IMG/VR virus record: IMGVR_UViG_3300042301_002363
Coordinates: 24,098 to 88,097 of that record
DNA: 64,000 nt
From: a virus
Direction: 5' to 3' (one strand)
This document shows, one piece after another, positions 20,872-30,380 of this stretch; within the stretch, counting starts at the first letter, position 1; every line of letters starts with the position of its first letter. The notes under the pieces are model-generated. The model did not search any database. It was not told the origin of the DNA and saw only the letters and a program-made list of their open reading frames with translations. The position numbers and the translations under genes are program-made.

Positions 20872-23592
20872 CTAATCTAAAAATTCAACCTCGCCACCCA
20901 TCTGTATAATGGCTTGCAATTCTTGTGGAGAAATCATATATGTTCCACCCCTTCTATAATTTTTGGTTCCTCCAAATTTAGAAAGTGTAGTACCCCAATC
21001 TTGTGTATGACCAAGGTCTGCAACATATTGATTGGCTCCTGGTCCAGCATTCAAATTCCAAGTACCATAACTTCCTTGAGTATTGATTGCATTATTAGCC
21101 ATCATAGTATTACCAGCTTGTTTCTGACGTTTCTTTAAGTCTTTAACTGCTCTTCTTTCTGCCCATTGTGCTGTGGCATCCTCCATCATATTGAGACCTT
21201 GAAGTGTATTACTTGCTACTTGAAATCCTAATGGATCTCCACGTTGAGTAGTATACTCTTTTGTGTCAGTCATGTTAGCATTAGGATTAGCACTCAATGC
21301 ATTATTAGTATTGTCTGTAGTATTAATTGCTCCATTTGTCCCTGGTGCAGATGCGTTTGCAGGATTATTAAAGTTTGAAACATAAGTGTTATAAGCATCC
21401 CAATCATTTCTATTTAATGGGAATGGTCTACCTGTTTTAGTTGCCCATTCTTGCTGAGAGTATGCAACTGTTTCAGTATCAAGCGCACCACCCCCAACAT
21501 ACATTGGCATTGTGATATTTAACTTACGTCTATTATCTACAAATGGATTCCACTCGCCACCATCTCTTTTGTTCTCATCATTAATTGGTCCTGACAAATT
21601 GCTAACCATTGAAGGTGCAGCTACAGGCGCTCCTCCAGCATTAGGATCAACAGGTGCAACTGGATTCTTTTTAGGAACATTAGGATTATAGTTAGGTGCA
21701 GATGGATTATCTGATTGTAAGTCTCCATTGACTGAACCATTTGGTGGTTGATTCACGTTCAATTGACTATTCATATAGTCAAGTTTAGGATTACCTGTTG
21801 ATGTATTTTCTGGTACAGTTGATGTTGTTGGTTGTACAGGTCCACTTGGCGTGGCTGCAGGCTGCTGAGCATTTCTTAGCGCTCTTCTCTCATCACCTTT
21901 ACTGTTATAAAAGAATACATTACCCTTATCATCATAAACACGAGATTCATCACCAGCCATTCCTTTAGCAATACCTAATCCTGCACCTCCAGCAACTGCT
22001 GCTGCACCCATTAAAAACTTAAGTCCAGGACCAAATCCACCAGTAATAGGTGCAAACCTTGGATCAGCAAATGAATTACTTACTGCCATTGCTCTTGTTG
22101 CCCAATTGGAATCAATGTTTGCAATTTTATTTTTGTCAGACATTACAATGTATGGGCTATTAGTAGTTCTTGGATCTACAGGCATTGTACCAGATGGATT
22201 ATTAGCTGCTCCAGTTTTCCATTGGTCATATGACAACTGAGGTGCAGCACCAGTATTACTAGCATTAGTTGCAGAATATTGATTTACATAATTCTGGTAT
22301 GCAGCTGGACTAGTTTTCATTTCGTTATACATTTGATCCTGAGCAGGATTCTGAGAAATAAATTCCTCATACGATTGCATTGGTGCTCTATTCATGCTAG
22401 GATCAACTTTACCACTATTATAAAAGTCTACAACTTGTGTTTGATATTCTTGTTGTGCTTGACCTGCACCAAATATTTTTAAGCAATCACCATCAGGACC
22501 TTTGTAGTATCCAATTGGACATCCATCCTCAGTTCCTCCTGCACCATATTGCTTCATTCCACCATTGACAAATTTATTAAGTCCACCAAAGCGTGCATAT
22601 CCTTGAGTAGCGGGAACTTGTGGTTGTGGATTAGTTGTATTTTGAAAAGATTGAAAAAAGTTATTTCCTGGATTTGCCATCTGATCATTGCGAATACCAG
22701 AATACAAGTTGCCAATAGCTTGCTGTGATGCCTGTTTTTGTGCAACACGATTGGCATCATAATTTGCTAGTCTATTTGCATAATAACCAGCTTCTGCACT
22801 ATTTCTAGTATCAGCTGCTTGTGCAGATGCAACTACATTTTGATTATACTGATCCATTCCTGCTTTTGCACCTTGTGGTCCAGCAACTTCATTGCCACCA
22901 AATATTTTCATTCCACCAGCACCTTGTTGTGCAGTGTTTGCTGTAACAGCAGTAGGCATACACGTTGCAGTCATTTCATTCCATTCGTATCCATCAGGAC
23001 ATGAATTACCACCTGCACCATATCTACGTAACTTTTTCATAGAACCACCATATCTTGCTTGCATTGCCATTTCTTGATCTGACATTTGTTGTTGATCAGA
23101 ACCTTGAGCCATTGCCATTTGAGACTGATCCATGCCAGTTTGTGGTCCAGCTTGTTGCCCCATTCCCATTGGATCTTGGTTGTTAAGGATTCCCATTTGT
23201 TGTTGCAATGCCATTTGCTGCTGTTGTTGCAACTGTTGCTGTTGAGCCTTTTCATTTACATAGTCTCCTTCTTGAGCAAGTTTCATGTATTCCTCTTTGG
23301 CAACAGTTAATAATTCTTCAGCTTGTTCGCGCTTTACTCCAGAATCAATTAATGTCTTTTTAAGAATACGTTCACTTGTTCCTTTGTTCAACTGTTCTAA
23401 GAGAAAAGTCATAAGTTGTTTTGCAGTTGCATCTAATGGATTAGGTGGACGCATTTGTTGTTGTTGCATTTGACCCATGTCTGCAACAGCTGATTGATTT
23501 TGCTGCATCATGTCTCCACCATCAGCATAACGTACTTTGCCACCACACTTGTAGCATTGGCCTCCAGTCATATATTCTAACATGTTATTCAT
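20872..23592 (-). CDS. Low-complexity virion cargo protein (906 aa), Q/M/N/G-rich with many GG motifs
   Basis: Long ORF with poly-Q tracts, about 13 xxxGG motifs, two CPxGY mini-modules and one hydrophobic segment (FLMGAAAVAGGAGLGIA). Confidence 0.6.
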   Translation of the reverse strand: MNNMLEYMTGGQCYKCGGKVRYADGGDMMQQNQSAVADMGQMQQQQMRPPNPLDATAKQLMTFLLEQLNKGTSERILKKTLIDSGVKREQAEELLTVAKEEYMKLAQEGDYVNEKAQQQQLQQQQQMALQQQMGILNNQDPMGMGQQAGPQTGMDQSQMAMAQGSDQQQMSDQEMAMQARYGGSMKKLRRYGAGGNSCPDGYEWNEMTATCMPTAVTANTAQQGAGGMKIFGGNEVAGPQGAKAGMDQYNQNVVASAQAADTRNSAEAGYYANRLANYDANRVAQKQASQQAIGNLYSGIRNDQMANPGNNFFQSFQNTTNPQPQVPATQGYARFGGLNKFVNGGMKQYGAGGTEDGCPIGYYKGPDGDCLKIFGAGQAQQEYQTQVVDFYNSGKVDPSMNRAPMQSYEEFISQNPAQDQMYNEMKTSPAAYQNYVNQYSATNASNTGAAPQLSYDQWKTGAANNPSGTMPVDPRTTNSPYIVMSDKNKIANIDSNWATRAMAVSNSFADPRFAPITGGFGPGLKFLMGAAAVAGGAGLGIAKGMAGDESRVYDDKGNVFFYNSKGDERRALRNAQQPAATPSGPVQPTTSTVPENTSTGNPKLDYMNSQLNVNQPPNGSVNGDLQSDNPSAPNYNPNVPKKNPVAPVDPNAGGAPVAAPSMVSNLSGPINDENKRDGGEWNPFVDNRRKLNITMPMYVGGGALDTETVAYSQQEWATKTGRPFPLNRNDWDAYNTYVSNFNNPANASAPGTNGAINTTDNTNNALSANPNANMTDTKEYTTQRGDPLGFQVASNTLQGLNMMEDATAQWAERRAVKDLKKRQKQAGNTMMANNAINTQGSYGTWNLNAGPGANQYVADLGHTQDWGTTLSKFGGTKNYRRGGTYMISPQELQAIIQMGGEVEFLD

Positions 23593-26500
23593 TTTCTGAT
23601 AAATTTACTTAATTTTTTTATACTACCACCATATCTATTATTAGTAGTTTGCTGTTCTTCACCATTGTTCATCATTGTACCAGCAGCTCCTCCAACACCA
23701 ATTGTAATTGCAACTTGAGGTAAAATTTGAATCAATGATTTTTTAGTCTCATATGTTGCTTCTGGTTTAAAATGTTTATTCAGATTACCAAAGCCACTAT
23801 CTAAATAATATTGATAAAGTTCATCATCTCCTATCCTTTCCATTTCTTTGATTTGCTTTATAGCATCATCCATATTGATATTTTTTTCTTTCATTATTTG
23901 ATTTGCAAAATTAAATCTAGCCTTTTGCAACTCTGAATGAAGTTCTCCTGGACTACTTAACCATGATTGATAATCATAATCTTTTTCCACTGTTCCATCT
24001 GCTTTTGTTACTTCTTTAGCAGGTAAAGGATTTAGCATTGCTTCATTATATGTCTCAGCTAATATGTTATCTGAATGACCAGTATAATATCCAGCATCTT
24101 GATCATATTTCTGAATAAGATTTATCCAACTATCATACATAGGTTGTATATCATGACCAATCTCATGAGCATTAACTCCTGCAACTTGATAAAGAGAAGT
24201 TGGACTTTGATAACTTCTATCTATTAGTCTAGCTGTTCCATCAGAAGTTGGATCAACATAACTATATGTACCTTCAGGTTCTATCCAATTGTATTTTGGT
24301 TTAAACCATGGGTTAAATGTATTATTTTTCCAAGTCAATGGGTTTGTAATTTGAAATGGATTTGTTTGTTCATAATAACCAGGTTTTGTCACATTAAACT
24401 TTTGTTTAGGTTTTGCTAAAAAATAAGATTGTACAGGTTTAGATGCAAGTGTTATTGTGCTATTGCCAGTTCTAACTCCACCTAAAGTTGGATAATTTTT
24501 TAACAAGTAGTCTTGGTCATCAAATGATAAATTTGAGAAATTTTTTGCTGTAGGATCAACATCTACAAGTGTTGTCCTTTTAGCATCAAATAATGGATTC
24601 CACATACTTACTTTTGTACCACCAAGATCTATTGGCGGTGTACCTATCATTTCTCTATTAAAACCATGCATATATTGAGGCATAGGTCTACCAGCTAATG
24701 TGTGCAATTCACCAATTTTACCTCTAAAATCTGGATCCATGTTGGCTTCCATTTCATCATACAACTTGAAACTATCATCATATAATTGTTGTTCTTGTTG
24801 TGCTAATTTTAAACCACGGTTATATGCTAACTTTACAGTTGGATCTTCTTGTGATATCGCTTTATCAAAATAACCACTTGAATGCATTTCTTGTTTGAGC
24901 GCATCAAGATCGTCATATTTTTGAGTAAGAGCAGTGGCATCATTTCCTGCAAATCTACCAAATGCCTCACTTGGTTTTAAGAATGGTTTATTATAAGTTC
25001 TAAATGTATCCAACGCTGTATAAAGATCTTTTATTTCAGTATCACCTAATCCTTTTACATCTCTTAAATAATTATCAAGTATAGATCTTTCTGCATATAT
25101 ATTCCAATTATAATATTTATTTTGTTTAAGTGATACAAGATCATTATGATTGGTCGTTAACTTAGTACTTAAATCTTCATATTTTAAAGGATCTTTAAAC
25201 ATCCATTTTTGTGAGAAGTCTGTGGCTTGATCAAATACTCTTTGTTGAGCTTGTTCAACTGTTTCTCCAGGAAGAAAACCTTCTTCCCCAAAAGTGTTTA
25301 GTTTTCCTAAGCGTTGTTGATCTTGAATTAAATTTGGATATCTTTTTAAATATGCATCATACTCATCTTTGCCAGATAATCTAGTAAATTCATACTTGTC
25401 ATAATCTTTAGTAGGATCTAATGAAAGAGGTGGATTTTGAGAACTATTGATTCCATTTGTGTTTTGCAAATTAAAACCTTGCTTCAAGCTAGGAACAGAA
25501 AGTTGTGACTGCAAACCATTTGAAAGTTGCAATGCTTGGTTTGAAAATGCTGGCAAACTTGTAGTACCACTTCCTAGAAATTTGGTAAGTGGAGTTTGAT
25601 TTGCAAGTTGCATTGCTTGTGACTCTCCTAATTGAGGAGCTGTTTGTCTTAAAAATTTATATTCTCCAAGATTATTTGCACCTGTAAATCTATTCAACCT
25701 GCTTGTAAATCCAGGAAACATTTCTGTAGTATTAGCCAGATTAGTGTTACCTGCTAATAAATTTGAACCTGATGGAGTTTTAGCAAGAAGACTATATGAG
25801 CCTGGTGTTTTCAATATTGCATTTGCGCCTGGTGTTCTTAAAGCATTAAGTGCTCTGTATGAACCAACTAATGGTTTAACTGCAGGCAAAAGACCAAGAG
25901 CTGAAAAAGCTGTGTTTTTCCATGCTTCATCTGTATCGCCTTTTTGAAATGCGTCATATGCTTGTTCAGCAAATCCTTGTGGTTTTAATGTTTCATATGC
26001 TCCATATGCTCCTAATGCATTACCTACTGTCAATCCTGGTAATGTTGAGAATGGTGCGTATGCCATGGCTGAACTTAATGCTCCTACAGTAAAAGGAGCT
26101 GCAGCAATCACACCTGGTGCATAGAATAATGGATGTTTATAAAACTCTTCCATATTATCACCAAGCATTGCTTTGTTATATTTATCTGCTTCTTCTTGTG
26201 TCATGTATACTGTTTGTCCAGCCATTTCATCTGGAGTTACAGTTTTTGTACGAAGTTCGCCAGTCATTGGATCAACTCCTCCAGTTGGTACTTGAAATGA
26301 GTATTGATAGAACTGTCCAGAAGGATTACCAAAAGCATCCTTTTTATTTGGATCAGTGACAAACATTTTATTTGGTCTCCAAGAATCTTCACTTGCTATT
26401 TGTACAGCAACTCTTCCATCTTTCCATCTTTTTTCTGCTTCTCCTAACGTAGGAGAATATTTTTGACCAAATGCTTGTGGAGTCAAAGATGTGTAATCTT

Positions 26501-28025
26501 TAAGTTTATTCATTGACTGCACATCAAGTTGAGATGGTTCAGTTATCAATGCTTTGTATGAATCATCTGAATCTAATCTTACCAATTGATTTGATTTAGG
26601 CATCCATCCCCATTTACCTGTTCTAAGTTTATAAAGGATTTGCGCACCATAGTCAGGACTATTGCTGTAATTAGGAGAAACAATATCAATATTAGCACCA
26701 TGACTATCAATAAAGTCTCTATCTTTTGCCAATGTGATTATATCATTATCATTCCATCTATTAACTATATCTAGATCTTGTCCTTGCTCATATGGTTTTT
26801 CATATTCATCGCTGTAAGCAACAAAAGATTTTGCCCATTTCTCTACCTCATTAAAATCTTGATTATACAATTTTTCCAAAGATTCTCTTGATTGACCAAG
26901 ACCTTTTTTATTAACCAAGTAGTCAATAGCAGCATCTCTACTCATACCTTTTTTCATAAGGTCAAGCAAGAAGTTTTTGGTTTGATAAGCATGATACTGA
27001 TCAGCTTGATCCATGATAGTACCAAATGATTCTTTTATGCTTTCTGCTGTACCAACACCAAGTTTGTTTACAATTTCACCTGTTCTTAAACCATTATCCC
27101 ATATTCTAGATTGTATTTCTGTTGCTGGATATAATTCAACAATATTATCTTTAACATTTACAAAATATCCTTGTTGTTTCAATTCTTCTAGATAGTCAGG
27201 ATTAGCATTTATTCTGCTATCATATTCATATTTTGGTATTGTTTCAAATGGTTCTAGTGCATCATGCTTACCTTTTTTGTCAAAATCTTCTTTTCGTTTT
27301 GTCAACTTATCTTGCCATTGTTGCGCAGCCCACTCTTGGTTTTTCAATTGTAACGCTTCTCTTTCAGCTTTTAAGTCGCTCAAAGTTTGGTCTAACTTTG
27401 CCATTCCTGCAGACCAATCCACATCTTCTTGTGTTACAATAGGATATGTTGCTTCTTGTCTTGCCCATTTTTCCTCTTGTGTCAATTCGTCTCCAGGTAA
27501 TTCAAAACCTTGACCTGGTTGATTTATAACCAATGGTACTTTAGTTTTCCAATCCTCATTTGTATTTACTTCTCCAGTAATAGGATCTATCATATGGGTT
27601 GTGTTCCAAATATCATCCAAATATCCTGGTTGTCCATAGTCAGGTCCCATGCTTTTTTTCTTTCTTCTTTTTCCAAAAAGACCACCTTCATCAAATTGTG
27701 GAACTTGTTGTGAGAACTTTTTACTTTGCATTACTTGCAAAAAGTTAGGTTCTTTTCTAAGTTTCTCAATAACAATTTGCTCCATGTTTAATGGACCTCC
27801 AACTCTTTGACTATTTTCTTTTGACAAGTAGTATTCATACAACTCAGGAAAATGCTTATCTATATTACCAGAGTTAATTAAAGATTGTGCTAGTTTTTTT
27901 TGACGTCTAGCAATAGATAAAAATTCACCACCATCTGGATATTTTTTTAAACTAGAGTTTTTCTTTCTTGAACTTGAGAATTCAGAAAGCTTATCAAACA
28001 TCCTTTTTTGACTATACTTTGCCAT
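23589..28025 (-). CDS. Virion cargo protein (~1478 aa) with C-terminal zincin-like domain
   Basis: NAHEIGHDIQ at 24153-24167 with downstream SPGELHSEL; hydrophobic segments; GG motifs at both ends. ATG at 28025 preferred over the TTG at 28028. Confidence 0.65.
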   Translation of the reverse strand: MAKYSQKRMFDKLSEFSSSRKKNSSLKKYPDGGEFLSIARRQKKLAQSLINSGNIDKHFPELYEYYLSKENSQRVGGPLNMEQIVIEKLRKEPNFLQVMQSKKFSQQVPQFDEGGLFGKRRKKKSMGPDYGQPGYLDDIWNTTHMIDPITGEVNTNEDWKTKVPLVINQPGQGFELPGDELTQEEKWARQEATYPIVTQEDVDWSAGMAKLDQTLSDLKAEREALQLKNQEWAAQQWQDKLTKRKEDFDKKGKHDALEPFETIPKYEYDSRINANPDYLEELKQQGYFVNVKDNIVELYPATEIQSRIWDNGLRTGEIVNKLGVGTAESIKESFGTIMDQADQYHAYQTKNFLLDLMKKGMSRDAAIDYLVNKKGLGQSRESLEKLYNQDFNEVEKWAKSFVAYSDEYEKPYEQGQDLDIVNRWNDNDIITLAKDRDFIDSHGANIDIVSPNYSNSPDYGAQILYKLRTGKWGWMPKSNQLVRLDSDDSYKALITEPSQLDVQSMNKLKDYTSLTPQAFGQKYSPTLGEAEKRWKDGRVAVQIASEDSWRPNKMFVTDPNKKDAFGNPSGQFYQYSFQVPTGGVDPMTGELRTKTVTPDEMAGQTVYMTQEEADKYNKAMLGDNMEEFYKHPLFYAPGVIAAAPFTVGALSSAMAYAPFSTLPGLTVGNALGAYGAYETLKPQGFAEQAYDAFQKGDTDEAWKNTAFSALGLLPAVKPLVGSYRALNALRTPGANAILKTPGSYSLLAKTPSGSNLLAGNTNLANTTEMFPGFTSRLNRFTGANNLGEYKFLRQTAPQLGESQAMQLANQTPLTKFLGSGTTSLPAFSNQALQLSNGLQSQLSVPSLKQGFNLQNTNGINSSQNPPLSLDPTKDYDKYEFTRLSGKDEYDAYLKRYPNLIQDQQRLGKLNTFGEEGFLPGETVEQAQQRVFDQATDFSQKWMFKDPLKYEDLSTKLTTNHNDLVSLKQNKYYNWNIYAERSILDNYLRDVKGLGDTEIKDLYTALDTFRTYNKPFLKPSEAFGRFAGNDATALTQKYDDLDALKQEMHSSGYFDKAISQEDPTVKLAYNRGLKLAQQEQQLYDDSFKLYDEMEANMDPDFRGKIGELHTLAGRPMPQYMHGFNREMIGTPPIDLGGTKVSMWNPLFDAKRTTLVDVDPTAKNFSNLSFDDQDYLLKNYPTLGGVRTGNSTITLASKPVQSYFLAKPKQKFNVTKPGYYEQTNPFQITNPLTWKNNTFNPWFKPKYNWIEPEGTYSYVDPTSDGTARLIDRSYQSPTSLYQVAGVNAHEIGHDIQPMYDSWINLIQKYDQDAGYYTGHSDNILAETYNEAMLNPLPAKEVTKADGTVEKDYDYQSWLSSPGELHSELQKARFNFANQIMKEKNINMDDAIKQIKEMERIGDDELYQYYLDSGFGNLNKHFKPEATYETKKSLIQILPQVAITIGVGGAAGTMMNNGEEQQTTNNRYGGSIKKLSKFIRK

Positions 28026-28034
28026 CAATTAAAT

Positions 28035-30380
28035 TTAAAAAAACTTACGCAATTTTCCTATATTTCCTCCATATTTAGCCATCTGTATATCAGATCCTGA
28101 TACATCATTTTTACCTTCTCCAGAACTAGCAAGAAGGTTAAACAGATTTGCCAAAGATTTGTTATCCTTAGAAAGTCTATACAACCTGTAAATATCATCA
28201 ATATAGTTAGGATTATTTCTATCTGTATATCCTTTTTGTACAGCTTCTTCCATCATTTGTTTAACTCTTTCTTCTGTAATAACATCTGTTGGTTGAAGGT
28301 TAAATAATTGTCTTGCTACATTTATGTTTGAATGAATATTATCTTCTTTTGGTGTAGTTGAATAATAATAGTCTTCCTCCATTTGTGCTATGGTTTCATC
28401 ATCTTTTGGATTAATCTTTCCTTCTTTGATTCCTCTATCAATGATATCATCAAATGACATTAAGTTATCCTCAATAGTTCCTGAATAAAACTGTTGATAC
28501 TTTTTGTTCTCAAAGAATGGTTCATTTAGATACGTAGTCCATTCATGATCTAATGTTGCAGCATAATCAAGAGGTTTACCTAACTCATCCTTTCTTACAT
28601 AAATCTGTGCTGGATTTCCATCAGCAGCTTTCACATATTGACCTACAGCACTAGGATCACCAAGCTCATCTTTATATACAATTGGTGGAAGTTCTGAACC
28701 TCCTTCATTTGGAACAAATTGATTTTGCATTTGTGGAATCACAGTATTCATAAGATCAACATGTTTCTGTACTTCATTTGGATATTTTGGATCAGTAATC
28801 GCTTTAAGGTATTCAGGATCAGTAAGAATTTCTGGACGTTTTTGATACCAGTTTTTCATATATGTTTCTGTATCCATTGGATTAGGAAGTTCAACTCCCA
28901 TTGGTACGCATGTTTGATGCACATCACTCCATTCATGATTTTCTGGACAATCACCTGGACCCATCATTCCACCCATTGCTTTTCTACGCAACTTACGTTC
29001 TTGCTCTATCATCTCGCGCGTAGGCTTTCTACCAGAACCTTTGTTAGCTCTTATGTTATCCCAAAGACCTCTTTGTGAATATGACCCATCAGCACGTTTA
29101 ATCATCTCACCACCTTTTCTGTAATTGCCATTCATAAATGCAGGAGACACTTCTTTGTAGTGTTCTGCAAAGTATCTAGCATCTGCTGGATTATCAAACT
29201 GCATTGCTTCATTTGAAGACGCATCGTAATCACCTAGCATCAACTGACCATTTTGGTTTTGTATTTGTGGTACAGCGTAATTGTCCATACTTGCCATATA
29301 ATGTGTACCAACTTGACCATTATCAAACATATATGGATTATCAACAGGTGCTACCATTCTTTGAGCTGCTGGATTACCAAATTCATTTGCATAAGCTAAT
29401 CTTGATTTCATCATTGCATTGGTAGAGTCTTGCAAGTGTTGTGGTAATGGCACATCATATTGGCCTTCATATTCTTTATAGTCTTTTACAACTTGTCCTT
29501 GTGGTGTATTTTCTCTCCAATTTCTGTACTCATTCAAAGTATCCTGCATTAATTGGTAATCAGTTAATGTCCAACTTGCTGGATTTCCTATTTCTGCTTC
29601 AACACTTTTTATATATTGTTTCCATTCTTCAGGAGAATTTGGCACACCCATTCCTAGTTCACCACCTGTTTCCCAGGTAGCTTTTGCGTATGCTCTAAAG
29701 TATGGGTTCTTTTTAAGATTGCCTGCATGTCTTGCGTAAAAAGCATCTTTACCATTCTTTGATTTGCTACGTTCACCCATATTTGGATCGCCAAAATATT
29801 TTTTAGTACCATCAGGTCCAGTTACAACATGCGTTTTTCCTTTACGATCATTAGATTTTCTTACAGTGTATCCACCTTTACCATATTGTGGCATATCAAA
29901 ATCACCACCATACTGCATGTTGTTAAGAATTTTATTCTGAACATATTCTGGTAAAGCATTAAAACCTGGATTGTTGATTGTACCTCCTTCTTCTTTAGCA
30001 AAGTTTCTGGCAAAGTTTGCTTTCTTTATCATTGCTGACGAATAGTTATCTTTATTTGCCAATATATGTGCAGCTGCTTCTTGTATGCCCATACCCATGC
30101 GCGTAGCTTGAGCTTTGAATGTTCCTTTTTTAGCAGGATCTAGATGTATACCACCACGCTTTGCTTGTTGATATGCTTGCTCCATGCTCATCTCTTCTTG
30201 AGGAGGCATTTGTTGTTGCATACCTGGTACAAATTGACCAAGTTCTTGAGCTTGATTCTGCATCAATGCTTGTTTCAGTTGATCTTTTAGAGACTTTTCT
30301 TGTTGCACTTGAGCTTGTCTTTTACCAAAGTTGGCTAACACATCAGCTATTGTGAACTTGTTAGGGTTACTTGAATTCAT
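28035..30380 (-). CDS. Modular cargo protein (781 aa): small basic modules separated by GG motifs, degenerate zincin-like C-terminus
   Basis: Modules IHLDPAKKG...KKANFARN, RKSNDRKGK...FGDP...FYARH and KRADGSYSQRGLWDNIR, each flanked by xxxGG; HEWTT at 28533-28547. Confidence 0.6.
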   Translation of the reverse strand: MNSSNPNKFTIADVLANFGKRQAQVQQEKSLKDQLKQALMQNQAQELGQFVPGMQQQMPPQEEMSMEQAYQQAKRGGIHLDPAKKGTFKAQATRMGMGIQEAAAHILANKDNYSSAMIKKANFARNFAKEEGGTINNPGFNALPEYVQNKILNNMQYGGDFDMPQYGKGGYTVRKSNDRKGKTHVVTGPDGTKKYFGDPNMGERSKSKNGKDAFYARHAGNLKKNPYFRAYAKATWETGGELGMGVPNSPEEWKQYIKSVEAEIGNPASWTLTDYQLMQDTLNEYRNWRENTPQGQVVKDYKEYEGQYDVPLPQHLQDSTNAMMKSRLAYANEFGNPAAQRMVAPVDNPYMFDNGQVGTHYMASMDNYAVPQIQNQNGQLMLGDYDASSNEAMQFDNPADARYFAEHYKEVSPAFMNGNYRKGGEMIKRADGSYSQRGLWDNIRANKGSGRKPTREMIEQERKLRRKAMGGMMGPGDCPENHEWSDVHQTCVPMGVELPNPMDTETYMKNWYQKRPEILTDPEYLKAITDPKYPNEVQKHVDLMNTVIPQMQNQFVPNEGGSELPPIVYKDELGDPSAVGQYVKAADGNPAQIYVRKDELGKPLDYAATLDHEWTTYLNEPFFENKKYQQFYSGTIEDNLMSFDDIIDRGIKEGKINPKDDETIAQMEEDYYYSTTPKEDNIHSNINVARQLFNLQPTDVITEERVKQMMEEAVQKGYTDRNNPNYIDDIYRLYRLSKDNKSLANLFNLLASSGEGKNDVSGSDIQMAKYGGNIGKLRKFF

